From positions 20,178,115-20,242,114 of the forward strand of contig CM119263.1 in assembly GCA_051294375.1 (NCBI GenBank): a DNA stretch of 64,000 nucleotides, read 5' to 3'. The notes under the pieces are model-generated. The model was not told the DNA's origin. It saw only the letters and a program-made list of their open reading frames with translations, and did no database searches. The position numbers and the translations under genes were made by a program. This stretch comes from Paraspadella gotoi. Its lineage: Eukaryota; Animalia; Chaetognatha. Positions 42,384-56,800 of the stretch are shown piece by piece. The first letter of the stretch is position 1, and each line of letters opens with the position of its first letter.

Positions 42384-44308
42384 TCAATTTTTCCAGGGTT
42401 GAGGTCGCGAAAGAGACGACTCCCATTGGTTGGCGGAGACGGTGGAAGAGGAAGAGGAAGAGGAGGAGGAGGGGAGAAAGAGGGAAGGGGTGGAAGAGAA
42501 GTGGAGGTCGGGGGCGGCGAGTCCGCCACCGCGCGTGAAGAAACTGTGATATGTGGCGGCGGGCGTTGGGTCTTGGGAAGCGGCGGCGGCGGCTGCGGCG
42601 GAGAGCATGAAGGAAGATGGTCTGGAGAAAGGGTTGGATATAAGCAGAGATGGTTTAGGTAAGCTAATGGACAGGAACAATTTAAACTTGGAATAATTTA
42701 AACTTTGTTTTATAGGACAATTCTTTTTATAATTTGTTTGATATTGTTTAGATAAAAAGAGTAAACTTTAAAAAAAAATAAAAAATTCGGACGATCGATT
42801 GTCTAATTGACTTTTCAGATAAAAAAAGAAAAAAATAGAATTTTCAGACTCGTTCTCGGTAACTTTTGTAAAATAATTTATGTAATTCATGAATGAGAGC
42901 GCTGATATCATATCTGCGCGAAACTAAAAAAATAATCAGGTGCGTTCTTTAAAAAAGAATTTGAGTAGGCTTTTGCATGTTAAAAAAAAGATTATCCAAA
43001 ATAACTAAACGCATTTAATTTTTAATTCAACAATATATGCATCTATGTACAATGAACAACGAGATCACATCGTGATTCGTGATCTCCGCTATTTCCCTCT
43101 TCCCGATCGTCGTCGTCGTCGTCGTCGTCGTCATCGTCGTCGTCGTTCTTTCGTCGTCGCTTATATCGTCTTCGTCCGTTTCGCCGTCGATCGGAAAAGA
43201 TGAGAGGATCTCAGCGCCGATTTACAACTTGTGAACTTTTCACGGAGAGGATCGTCGAAAGAAGGATCGAAAGCGACGACAACGACGACGACGACGTCGA
43301 CTATGTGATGACAGTCTCTCAAACTTTGTCACTTTATATTCGCGTTCTTCATTCTTTTCATTTTTCAGAGCACTCCTCCGACCTGGATATGCCGGGTATA
43401 AAATATTAAAAACCCTCGCATCGTTTGAAAAAAAAAAAATTTCTCTTTCTCTTTCACTTTGCTTTTTTTTCAATTCCCCCCATTTCCCTCTCCCCACAAT
43501 TCAACCGCCGACTTTCTCTCCCCCAACCCCTCGTCTACCCCGACCCAAACGCCACTCGACTCACTCACCAAATTTGGGTGAGGAATTGTAAACAAAACTC
43601 GGGACGACCGAAGGCTGAACTTTTACAGGGGTGTGGAGGAATGCACTGGAGGGACTTATGACATCTGATGACATCACTGGGGGCCAGAATGCATTCGGAG
43701 AACTTATGACATGAGAGAGAAACCACTAGCGATTCTTACGAGACTCTTACAAACAAAGGATGAGAGCTCGCGTGGCATCAGTTAAAATTATGACAAAGAA
43801 GGGATCAAGATATTTAACGAAATCGGACACAAATAAATGTTAAAATATTAAATATCCAATGGGTCTGTAGTTACTCATAAATAGAATGAAAGTTAACGAG
43901 TCTAAAAACCGAATTTTTTTAATTTCACGATAAAAAAAAAGCAACAGCATCCACAGCAGCTATTTCATTGGACATTCATACTCATAGTTCCATGTAGCAG
44001 AAACTTTCTTCTCTCACCGATAGGTGGGTGGAAAGTGCGGTGGCGGCGGCGGCGGAATCGAAGCGACTCCCGCGGCTGCTGCTGCAGCGGCTGCAAGATT
44101 CGTCCGCGTGGTCGACGTGGTTGTCGCCGCTGAAGTCGTCGTCGTCGACAATTCCGTCAGCTCCAGTTGAGTCCCAGGACTGACGCTGGCGCCGGATGTG
44201 GCGCTCGTGGCGCCTCCGGTGGGCGTGGTAGAGACGGCGGCACCGGGGCTCGTGGCGTTGAGGGAAGCGTTGAAGGAGTTGAAGGCCCCCCTGTGAGAAA
44301 AGATAGAT

Positions 44309-44399
<91 letters not shown>

Positions 44400-44618
44400 T
44401 TATTTATTATTTTTTTATTTATTATTTATTTATTATTTATTTTTTATTTATTTTTTATTTATTTTTTATTTTTTATTTATTTTTTATTTATTTTTTATTT
44501 ATTTTTTATTTATTTTTTATATATTTTTTATATATTTTTTATTTATTTTTTATTTATTTTTTATTTTTTATTTATTTTTTATTTATTTTTTTTTATTTTT
44601 TATTTATTTTTTTTATTT

Positions 44619-44705
<87 letters not shown>

Positions 44706-44882
44706 TTATTTATTTATTTATTTATTTATCGTAGAAAACCCGAAACAATTTTTTTTTCAGTTTTTTCAACAAAAAATGGCCTCAGGTTATGTAATTAAGT
44801 AGGGAGGCGCGATAGCTAACCCAACACGATGCAATTAAAACGGGAGTAAAATCTGAGATAAGAAGGCGGGGAAAATCATCTT

Positions 44883-44935
<53 letters not shown>

Positions 44936-45032
44936 ATTTTTCGATTTCGTCGATTCTCTTGAAGTGGCTTCCTTTCTTGTCTTTCAGGCTTTCCATTCCC
45001 TTTTCTTCAATCGAATGAAAAAAATAAGAAAT

Positions 45033-45091
<59 letters not shown>

Positions 45092-48000
45092 GAGAGAGAG
45101 AGAGAGAGTGAGAGAAAGAGAGAGAGAGAGATAGCAAAGATCAGATGAGATCATATCTTCAATTTCCACTTGTTGAAACACCTCGGAAACTAATTACTTT
45201 TATCCAGGATCGTTTTGAATTCTTAATGACTACGCGCGAATGAATAGATTTTGTTCTTTTCATTGTTTTCTTGACATGTGATGATTGACTGCAAGATGAA
45301 GACTTGTAGGGGAAGCGTGGCAAACTGGCAATATCATCAAAATACCATTCGAAAAAAATTGTTTTAAAGAGTTAAGTTTTCCCTTGAATGACTAGATAAG
45401 CCATATATTTTTATATGGTTGAATATGGCGTCGATGAGACTTATTATTAATTAAATAATTTACGATCATTCGAAAATTTTATGAAGTTCCTTTAATTGGG
45501 CGCGATCGCGAAACAAAAACCTTTTTTCTTCTTTTAAAAATATTTTAGTATTGACAACGCTGAATAAATGTAGTTCAAAAAGAGTCATAGCGTGCAAAGT
45601 TTATTGTTTGATTGATTGATTGATTGATTGATTGCTTATATTTCTTTTTTTATTATTTTTAAGGCGTTATGTGGGATATCGTCATGTGGCACGAAATTTG
45701 ATGAAAAGAAAATAAGTTTGAAAAATTAGAAAGTCGATAAGAAAACAAACAAGAGAGACGCGTGAACATTTTTTGGGTTCTCTTACACACACATTATCAC
45801 CTCCGTTCTCAATAAATCATTATTTACATAAAATAATAAAAGGAAACCCGTTAAAGAAATTTTTATTCAAACGAAAACATCATGCAAACAAATACTCAAC
45901 TATTGTTCCCAGAGAAATCGTAAGATAAGCCGATATCACGCTATAATACGAGATTGAATGAGTTTAATCACGAGTTACAGGAGTGTATATAACCTGTTCC
46001 GTTTATCTTACGTAAGAGCAAAGTATTACACGAGACTGAAAGACATTAATTAGTCACCTAACGATCTTTCTAAAAATGTCGCTACGAAATAAGGCCAACC
46101 AAAAGTTATTTTTGGATTTTTAACAAACTCGTAAATCCTCTTTTAAGGTATTAAGATTATCCATGTAAATATAAATTTAAAATAAAAAAAAAACTCACCC
46201 TCCAAGCCCGTGATGATAATGTCCCTGCCCGGCGTGGCCGAGTTCGTCGCCGGGGAATCCGAATCCCGCACTGGTTCCGGTCGCAGCGCCGAAGAATCTG
46301 TCGCTGCCGGCGCCGTAAGATGTTGCGCCTACCGTGTGACGGTAGAACGGCGTCAATGGCGCAAGGGTGGCGGCGTCGGCTGCAGCGGCCGCAGCGTCAT
46401 CCCCGTCAGACTTGGCGTTTCGATGATGATGCAGATGATGATGATGATGATGATGAGGAGCGAAGTCGACGGGAAACTTGGAGGCGATGGAGGGGAGACC
46501 GTTGAAGGCGGCGACGGCGGCGGCGGAGGTCGTCGCCGGAGCTTCGGAGGTGAGGGCGTTGAAGGAAGAGGTGGCGGCGCGAGGATAGTGCGGCGCCGTC
46601 GCGTACCAGTTGGCGCGGTAGGGAGACGGCGCCAAGGGCTGCAGCAGCTGCGAACCGGGCAAAACACCGACGCTGCTGCTGAGGCCGCTCCGTCCTCCGG
46701 CGGCCGGCAGATACTGATCGAGTTCGTTGTCGTCAAAGTTCTCCACGTTTCCCATGACCTCCGTGGGGAGATCGGCGATGTCGAGGCCGAAATCGACCGC
46801 AGCAGCGTTAGCGCCTTTCTGGTTCTGAGGCTGATGATGATGTTGATGACCGGAACTCCCTTGGTGACGCTGCGACGCCTTAGACGATGACGATGCCTCG
46901 TTTGGAGTCGTCGGCGGCGTCAGCGGGCCACCACAACCGCTCGAGCTCATCCCGCCGCAGAGCGAGGCCGTCATCTGGTGCTGCGGTTGCTGCTGTAGTT
47001 GATGCGGCGAATGATGCATCTCTAGTTGCTGCGATTGCTGCCGATCGACCCCGCTCTGCGGCGAACCATCGAGCCCGGCGCCCGCGGCGAACGACGACGA
47101 CGTTGATGACGGCGGAGAATGCAGACGCGCCTCTGCGTCGAGGAGCGGCTTGAAGACCACCGTGTTGCATCCGAAGGTGGAGGGTCCGGCAGAATGCTGC
47201 TGTTGCTGCTGAGCTGGGTGCTGCTGGTGCTGTTGCTGACCTTTGAGAGGCTTCCGTCTCCGCGGTTGATACTTGTAATCGGGATGCTGATTCTTGTGCT
47301 CAACTCGCAGCCTCTCTGCCTCCTCGATGAAAGGCTTCTTCTCCGCGTCGTTCAACAATCTCCACAACTTCCCCAACGTCTTCGACAACTCCGCGTTGTG
47401 AAGGTTCGGGTACTGATCCGCTAGGCGGCGTCGGGCCGCTTGTGCCCAAACCATGAAGGCATTCATTGGGCGCTTTACGTGTGGCTTGCGTTTGTCCGCG
47501 TTGTTCTTAGACTGCATCGGCACAAGGGTCCAGTCGTAGCCTGTTTGGAGGGCAATGATCGTGAAAAGCTGGGTACATTGGGGACTCCCCAGTCCCCATG
47601 TGGGTTTGATATTTTTTATGCTTAATAAATGTTCAAATTCTAATTATATTAGTAGAATACCCAAGCTATCTTCTGTTACGTTCTTGCTCATTTTTGAAAA
47701 CTCAGAAATTCAGAATAACCGACTGAAATTACAGATCACCGAAAAACATTTTAAAGATCTCAACGTTACGTAAATGGTAGCGCAATACAATTTTTTTATT
47801 ACAGTTAATGATGGTGGTGACAGTCGTAACTGTGGTGGTTGTGGTGGCGATAATCGTCTATGTCAGACCCGAAACAATAATATTACGTAAACCGGTTTCT
47901 GTTTGAAAAATTCGTAACAAGAGGAAACTGACGTATAAAGTTGAAAATCGAAAGATATTTATGCAACATTCATCGTCGATGAGTCGCTCACACCTCGACG

Positions 48001-48668
48001 GGTAAGTTCGCGCTGCGTTGCGAAGGCAATTACTCGAAACGAATCCATGAGGTGGAAGAAAAATAAAGAAAATAAGTACAATTTCAGAAATTTTTTGTGT
48101 TTTTTTTTTCTTAACATCATTATCATTCTAATGCTATAATAACATGTATTCTTCATTAAATTATTTAATTTTGATGTTAAGACTTGAAATAAATCAAATT
48201 AAAATCAGAATCTATGTAAATCGAAATTATAATATCATTTCGAATCAAGCCACCCCGTTATCACCCGTCCCCTTGATCAAAGCAACGGCGCAACCCCAAC
48301 ACTTAATCGATCTCACCTTTCAAGACGTGAGCGACGGCGCTGCCGATGGAATCGGCCTCCCCTCTTCCTCCTCCACCCTCTCCTCCTTCCTCCTCGAACT
48401 CTTCTCCTCCCTCGTCTTCGTCATCCTCTCCGAATGCGAAGTCGACCTTGGTCACGCCCCCAACGCTTCGTCGCCGATCCTCCATCGCCGTTGGCTCCGC
48501 GACGCCGTCAGAAGCCGACGACGAAGCCGAGTCCGATGCCGGGTCTTCGTCCGCGAGGCTGACGCCCGGGTGGGCGTGGCGTTGACGCGGTTCGTCCGCT
48601 CGAGTAACGCCGCTTTTCGTCAAGCGATGGAACGCCGCGTCGAGGGCGGCGTTCGAAACTTCCGTCAT
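42384..48668 (-). CDS. SoxE: SoxE-group HMG-box transcription factor (Sox8/9/10 orthology group), ~734 aa, 4 exons
   Basis: Exons 48668-48317, 47540-46199, 44290-44018 and 42621-42384 (GT-AG, phases 1/2/2). They encode the dimerisation motif AVAHVLKG|YDWTLVPM, the HMG box [45 protein letters not shown]...[17 protein letters not shown], and a K2-like [31 protein letters not shown]. The last exon ends [10 protein letters not shown], compared with Sox9 QHWEQPVYTQLTRP. Exons 3-4 are less certain than exons 1-2. Confidence 0.95.
44306..44728. repeat. (ATTT)n / degenerate A-T microsatellite in SoxE intron 2
   Basis: About 420 bp of ATTT units, perfect at the ends and degenerate in the middle. Confidence 0.97.
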
Positions 48669-49069
48669 GTCGACGAAAAGTGGCGACGAGAAAAGGGACG
48701 CGGTTTTTTTTTATATACGATTTTTAATGCTATTATAGTTTTGTTAATTAAATATATTTAGTTTTGTCTTTTACTTCTTTTAGATATGAGAAAAGGGGGC
48801 AAATATCCAGTTGTGCGAAACTTGCTCGAAAAATGAGAATTTTTTATATTTCTTAGAAAGGAAATTTCGTCGTGTCCACGAATTTTTTGAATCGAACTTC
48901 GAACTGAAATAAAATATCAGAATAATTAGAATAACCATATTCGTAATGTTACGAGGAATAGAACCTAAAAAAATTTTGTCTTTCGCCAATAATAATAAAA
49001 AAAGGGGGCCAAAAAGTATCTTTTTAGTTAATTCCTTGGGCTTTTATTCGAAAACAAACACAAATCGTC

Positions 49070-49156
<87 letters not shown>

Positions 49157-49424
49157 ATAGGGAATCTTTTCCAATCGTTTGAGAGTCAAGAAGGCGCCCA
49201 GGGTTCGGCGTAAGACAGAAAAAAAAAAGACTGATATAAAATAAAAAAGGAAAAAAGGGGAAAAGACAAAAAGAAAAGGACCACACAGAAACCGTAGCCT
49301 TTGTTATGAATTTTCTCGAGTCGTCCCTTGCCAAAAAGAAAGAAAAAAAAATTGAGGTAAAGAAATAAGAGTCAGAGAGAGTGTTGTGACTTAAAAGAAA
49401 TATATACAGAAAAAAGAGAGAGAC

Positions 49425-49507
<83 letters not shown>

Positions 49508-50800
49508 CGGAGAAAAAAATCCTCGGACGTCGGGGAATAGAAGAAATCGAGGATCGAGGACGAATGGGAATCGGACGCGATTCCGTGGAGGATATCCACG
49601 AGGGGTTGGACTCGCGGCGGAGGAGGAAGAAGAAGAGGCAAAGACAGGGAAGAGGAAGAAGAGGAAGAAGAGGAAGAGGAAAATGGATTCATGAGTCCCC
49701 GACGGCGGTGAACTTAAAACTTCTAAGAGAAAGGAGGAAGAGGAGAAGGAAAAGGAAAGGAAGATCGGAGAACGAGGAACTTAATGAGAGGATTAAAAAA
49801 AAAAAAAACTCTTTTTAAAATTTTATACTCAAAACCAAAAAAACAAAAGGGAATAAAATGTTAAAGGAAACCGACAAAATCTAAAATCAAATTGTCTCTG
49901 TACCTCGTTTGGCTCTCGAGCTTCCCCGCGGGTTATTTTATTAATAATTAAAGCCGTATAAAAAGCAAAATGAATATATTTCGCGATCTTCAACAGGTAA
50001 ACGTCGATGTGGGGGTAAATTTTCAAGAGGATTTTCGAAGGCCTAAATATAGGGAAGAGGAAGAGAAACAAACTGATGAGGATGGATCTTATTCAAGTTT
50101 TTGTGGTGGCTACAGGAATTCTTGATATTTAATTATATTATTATTAACAAAGTTTTATTTTGTTTGTTTTTTATTTTTGACTCACCTGAAAGTCATCTTA
50201 AAATATAAAAAAATCCAGATCTGGAAAAACAACAAAAATTGGGGGAAAAGAGAACGAGAAAAAGATTTTTTTCTCCTCCTTTTGTTTAGAAAATGTTTCT
50301 CTTTTTCAACAGGTTCTGATGCTCTTAGTCTTAAACAAGGAAACTTGATATCTAACCTAAAATCTACGTTCGATCTTTAAAAAAACTTAAAAAAGAGAAA
50401 AAAGGAAACCCACAAAAAAAAAGACAAAAAAGTGAAAACAAAAAATAAAATTAGTGACTAAAATTTATAATCTCCCGATTCACGATAATATTATATATTA
50501 GTTAAATAGTATTTTAGTTACGAATTATATTTTGTTGGAAAACAGCACTTTTGACTAAGATCTAAGAGTTGACTGAAAGATTGAAAGCATCAATTTATTT
50601 TTCTGACATGACAAAAGTCTGTTTTAAAATAAACATGTGACTGGAATTAATTTTTTTAAAAGTTAATTAAAATTATCTCATCCTAAATCCACAGTCATCA
50701 AACAACATCTGGAATCATGGAAAAACCTTATCACCCGACCTCGTTGGCATCAGAAAATTTCACTCTCTCTCTCTATCTCTCTCTCTCTTTCTCTTTCTCT

Positions 50801-50867
<67 letters not shown>

Positions 50868-52302
50868 CCGTGACCCGGTTTTCCAGGGACCCTTTCCCCT
50901 TTTTTTAGGTTCGGCTTCGGCGGTTTTTCTTTGATCTTCCGCTGAAACAATGTAACGGAGAGATTATTGGATTCTCGATGGATGAAAATGACGATGTAGA
51001 CGTTGATTAAGATGATGATGATGATGATGAAATGAAGACGACGATGAAGTTGATATTGCGTAAAATTTAATGCTTCCGACAAACTAATAATGATTATAAC
51101 CTACTAATCTTGTCAATGAATGTAGTGATTAAGAACACAAAATATAGCAAAAGAGAATGTGTTTTTAAGTAGATTGAGAGCAGAACTGTAGATGGGGGTT
51201 ATGCATAATAGAAGAATTTCAAAAAACAAATGAACACCTTAGAATTTGGAAGCGATGTTCCACTATCCATTTTATTAATATTATCCCAATAGGCAGTATC
51301 CCTTTATAACCGAAAATCGATAGAGAATTTTTAAAATTATCTATGGATTCTTTTTCTAATTTAACGTAAGCCAGCTTTTTTGCAATGAATTAAGCATTCT
51401 TAAGCCTTCAAATAATATCTATAATATTGATTATAACTTAATCAAATCTTATTTGACAGAAATCATTCAACATTTTTTATTCATTAGTTTTTTTATAGGA
51501 ATAAAAAAGTATGTATCTTCCAAGGAGAAACGATTATAGCTATAAAATCTTGGCCTGGGTTTTCCCCTTCTGTTTGAACAAATTTCACTGTTCGTAGTTT
51601 TTGTTTTAATGACTGAAGTCTCTCGACAATTTTTAGCATGAACTTTTCAAGCAGATGATGAGTGGGTGGTTTATCAAATCCCTCATCCGTCTCTTAGTTA
51701 TCTACATTTTGAGTAAACTTAACTCCATCAACAATTTGCATCGTTAATGCTTTTTAACTGGTCATGGAGATTCTTACTCTTACTCGAAGTCTTGCTCTTA
51801 GTCCTTTTTCAGAGGGGAAATACCATTCCACAACGTTTTGCGATAATTAATTTCAATAAAGCAGATCGTAACTATAAAATCATTTAGTACATCTATGCAT
51901 TTAGTAATTAATTGACAGAATATTTTATGTAGTAAAAATTCTTTTCTTCTAACTTTTTATTCATTAACAAACTGCGTTAAAAAAACGGGGAATAAGTCGA
52001 ACCACATCTCGTAAAAAGAAAAAAAAAACTAAAAAAAAAAGTTCTATCCAAAAATTAACGGTTTTTCTCCGAATCGACCTAAACACGCGACGTCGTCATC
52101 GTAGTCAAGTTTCATCGACACCGATAATACGATTCTCCATGCAAACGTGCGTTTCGATTGTCGATTTATTATTTCATTTTTATGCTGAAAAAGAAAAAGA
52201 AATAAAAAATAATTGGTTACCTATGATTTATGAATCGATCGAAATTCAAATCTGCTTTATGAACACCTCGAATCATCATTCTCCTCATCCTCATCTTCTT
52301 TG

Positions 52303-52387
<85 letters not shown>

Positions 52388-53867
52388 TGGTGCCACTAAA
52401 ATGAGAATCATAACAATGTCGTCAGAATCAGTCTTCGTTATGCCAATATGATCTTTGACATCGTTCATCTTTGCAACCTATGTTTTCATCCAAGTTGACT
52501 CAACAACCGCGACACATCCCGACATGTATCTGCGCCAGGTCGCTCCAAAACGTGGTGGTCGACGTTAATACCATGCTCGAGGATCTTTGTCGCCGCCTAA
52601 CGGTTTCTGATTGGCCAGAGACTAAAAATAATGGCTTACTATTGGAGGAGAATCGTTTGGCGCGACTTTTTGACCCGCGCGCTCTTGCATTTGTTGATTC
52701 TGGCAAGATCCTATCTTTTTGGAATACCTGGAATTGAAAAATCTTTTTGGGTTGTAATCGCTACAAATCGCGACTTATCGTCTAATCATGTTTTCTTTCA
52801 AAATGACTCAACGATTTTTCAACTCATCGTTCTCTTTCAAAGTGCTATAAAATCCAATTACAAATCCAACTAGATTTCCTTTTACTGTTCGACGTTGTAA
52901 AAGATTTTGGGGAAAATAGTTTCACATGACACCATTCATCTAATTCTACAAATCACTACGGTTTGTGAACTTTAAGTGACCTTCGACCTATTTGATTCGA
53001 GCGCCGGTCTGCTTTTTGTAGGTTTTTTTCATAATTTCATTAGGCCGAGAAAAAAAAATTAACGCTTTGCTTTTAGCGGGAAAATTTTTTTTTCCGGCTC
53101 TCACTACGGGGTCTCTCTCGCTCTCCCTCTCTCTCTTTCTGTGTGTGTCTTTCTCTATAACTGTATGAACGTGATTCTTCATTAGAGTTTTTACGTAATC
53201 TCAAGTTTAGCTTGAACTTTTGATAACTGAATTAAACAGAATACAACACCCCAACTGGCGACCAAACGATAATACTCCCTCCTGCTTTAATTCTTCCCCG
53301 AGGCCCAACCTCACTCCGTCACGAGTCACATCCCCCACCGCGAGAGGTATTTTTCCTTCCGCTCATTTACATTTCTCACATCTAGTCTTTTTTGTTTGTC
53401 CTCACCAAGTATCGATCGCTGACGGAGCTCTAGCCGTCAACAGCGTTGTTTACTCTTCATCAGTGAATTCGTAAAGCCAGTTTCGACGAAAACAGAGCTC
53501 GTTCCTGCGTTTATTCGTGAGTTCGAGACTTTCTACATGTCATCGTCGTCGTCTTTGTTTTCGTCATCATCGTTTTCTCTTCACTTTTTCTTTGCTGTTT
53601 ATACGAACCCATTTCAGTAGTGATTTTTTTTCTCTTAGCAATTAAAAGTTCGATTCAATTTACAAAAAAAGACGCTATGAATCAGGACATTAAAACGACG
53701 CGTGTCATCAGTTCGTTGCGGTCGTCGGGTCATTGATATTTTTCGTTTTTTTTCAATGAGATTTCAATTTCTACTGTAAATTTAGTACAATAGGTAAATT
53801 TAGCATGTATGCCTTGTCTATGTAAACAATTCAAGTCGTAAAATAAACAAAAGCTCATAAACAAAAA

Positions 53868-56800
53868 ATGAATCTCGACGCCATCTTACTTATTGTGCTC
53901 TTCCTCTTCTTGGGCCCTTTGATTATATTAAGCCTCTTCTTCCTGCTTCCCTGCGTCCGCCGCCGCCAACTTCCGGCGTGGCTCGTCGCCGGCGTCTTTT
54001 TCCCACTTACGCAAAGTTTCCCGATGACGAAAGTGGGCGAAACTGACGACGAGGAAGGGAAAGAAAAAAAGGATGACCTGCAACATCAACCGACGGATCG
54101 AGAACGACAACAACAACAGGAAATCCAGTTGTCGCTTTTGGACAAAGGAGATTCTCGAGATGGCGACCAGCTTCGGGGAGAACCGACGCCAAGCCAAGAC
54201 TTGGAACCCGGCTGCTGCGGCTGGCGAAGGCCCCCGGAGACTGTGACGGCGTTCCGGTTTCGCGAGCGTCGCTTCCGATTGGCGTCGACGGCCTGGTGGG
54301 CGACAACCGTCTTCAACTTCGCCGCTTGCACGGTCGTGGCAGTTGGGTGCTTCGGATTCGGGAGAATCTGGCTGTTGGACGCCGAGCAGGTAGTACCTCT
54401 CATTAACATTGATGTGATAGTGTTATACGTTAAACGTTAAAACAAATTAATAGATGAATAATAATAATGAAATAATTAACTTTAATTGTGATTATGTCAT
54501 CTTAAAAAGCCATGGCATGATGACTGTTTTCTTCCATACGACAGAAATCCGAGATCATCCCCTCGACCCTCGAAAGTTGGACCTGTTCCGGCGAATCTGG
54601 GCCGGCCTCGAAAACGCTTCCTTCCACCGCCGGGTCGTGCGACGTGGCGTCACTGTCGGCGGCGGCCGCGACGGAAGTGAAGCGTCGGAATTGGGACGAG
54701 TTCCGGACGCAATGTCCAAAAATTCTAGCCGAAAATCTTTTTTACGGATGCAAAATGGGTAAATAAAAATTTTTTGTATTTCAATTGAGAATTACCAATT
54801 GTTAAATAAGACAATATTCCTTTAAAAATTATAATTAGATTCACTTAAATATTCTCATTTCCTACAGCGTCGACGGATCAAACGCCGTCCCGCCGAAAGC
54901 GTCAATCCTCCTCCGACTCTTCCGCAACTGCCGCAGTCTCCGCAGCCTCCGCTACCGCCCGCCTCTGCTGCTCCGTATACGCGGACGGATGTTGGGTAGA
55001 GCTGCCCAAAGCCGTTACCCTTGACAACGGGAAGCAGATGACGGGCCGCTGCTTGAGTCCGCGGCTCTGCGACGTCTGCGGTTTCTCCCACTGCAACTGC
55101 GCCAAGTTGGCCGCTGACTCCTCCGCCGCCACGTGTTCCAATCGTCGACGGCCTTCAGGCAGCGGCAGCAGCTGTAGCCAAGACGACATCGACGCGGCCG
55201 TAGAGATGGAGATCGCGTCGCGACTCGTGGCCGACAAGTTTGCCGACGCGGTGACCAGGGCGAGCTGCGGCAGCGAGAGGCGTCGAAGGGCTCTATTTGA
55301 AACCGCGGACGACGAAGTCGAAGCCGTCTACCGCCGCGTTGTCCGCGCTGCAAACTCGTCGACCCCAGAATCGCGCGTCGACGTCGGCTGCGTCGGATTT
55401 TGTCACAGATGGCGCCCCAACTGGAACGACGCTCTGCTGGGCGTTGCAGTGGCGCTCGGCCTTCACGTGGGATTCGCCCTTGTCTTTCAGGTTTGATAAT
55501 TAGGTTTAAATGACTGTTTAATGTCATGTTTGTTTACTTTTTATTGCTTTCTTTTCTTGTAATTATCGGAGCTGATAAATCAATTTAATCTAACAATGCG
55601 ACACCACCCAATCACCCATCCCCATTTTAGTTCGTTGTCGTCTTCGTCGTTGTCTTCTTCTTAGACGCGTCAACGGACGATGACCGGCGCCTTTTCCGTC
55701 ACCCGCGCGTCTTTCCTTGCGTTCGTAAGTTGGCGCTCCCGGTGTTCGTCGTCCTTGTGGTAGCGCTGTTGGCAGCGTTGCATATCGTCTCATGCGGCGT
55801 TGACAGCGTCCTCATCACTCAGGATATCATTTTTGCTTTTTGTTTCGTCGTCGTAATTTTGGCGGGAATCCTTTTGCCGTGGGAGGACGCCACGCCGTTG
55901 CCGAGTTGCGGAGGAAGCCACACGTGTCGTGTAAGAAAAATTTATGATGATACGTAAACATTTCTCGATTTGTAAAACAATATTACTAATATTATAATAT
56001 TTAAATCAATAACTTAGGCTGTCCCCACCAACCTCCACTTTCGTCGGCAAAAGTCGCGATGCAGCTGCCACGAGACCCCACTCGCCGTGCGCCACCGCCT
56101 CGACGCCAGGAAGATCCCGCTGCAGCAGCAAGAGCGAGAGCAGGAACAGCTGCAGATGAAAGCGGATGAGTTGCCTTCCCTGGCGACGCAGGAGGACGAG
56201 AGTCTCAGCTCCGTCGACTTCAAAGACACGACGATGATGGACGAAGAGTTGGACGAGGAGATGTTCGAGGGAAAAGAGGATCCGGGGAATAAAGATGGTG
56301 AAACGCAAGAAAAAGAAACTGAAAGCAAAACTGAAGAACCGAGTCGGCGGCCCGGTTCGAGGAAGAAAGAGCGATCGCTTAAGAGAAACCAAAGACCGGC
56401 GTTGGACGACGACGAAGTCGAAGATGGTCCTCGCCACGCTCTCCTCAGGAGGTAAGGTTAAATCATCAATTCTTATTTTAAATAGATAGTCCAATTAGTC
56501 GCTGATATAGTAGCGAGTTTTTATTCCACCCGTGGTCAGATCGACGAAAAAGAAACTGGAAGACGCGCAAAAAGATTACAAAGACGTTTTTGGCGTCATC
56601 GAGGAAAAGCCGGATGCGAATCGAAGCGCCAATCCGACCTTCTCGAGGAGCTCTTCCCTCATCGTGCCTCTCACTCCCGAAGAAAAAAAGAAGAATCCGT
56701 TTAGGGTGACAGACGCGGAAGACGATTACTACAAAAGATGCTTCAAAACTTGCGACGCTAATGACTCTGGTAAGCGATTCTTAAATTCGAGATTAATACT

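Noticed and set aside
44167-44802. 211-aa ORF with FIYL repeats resembling a membrane protein
   Set aside because: It is a translation of the (ATTT)n microsatellite plus the antisense of SoxE exon 3.
46210-47424. Plus-strand ORFs overlapping SoxE
   Set aside because: These are shadows of GC-rich SoxE coding sequence.
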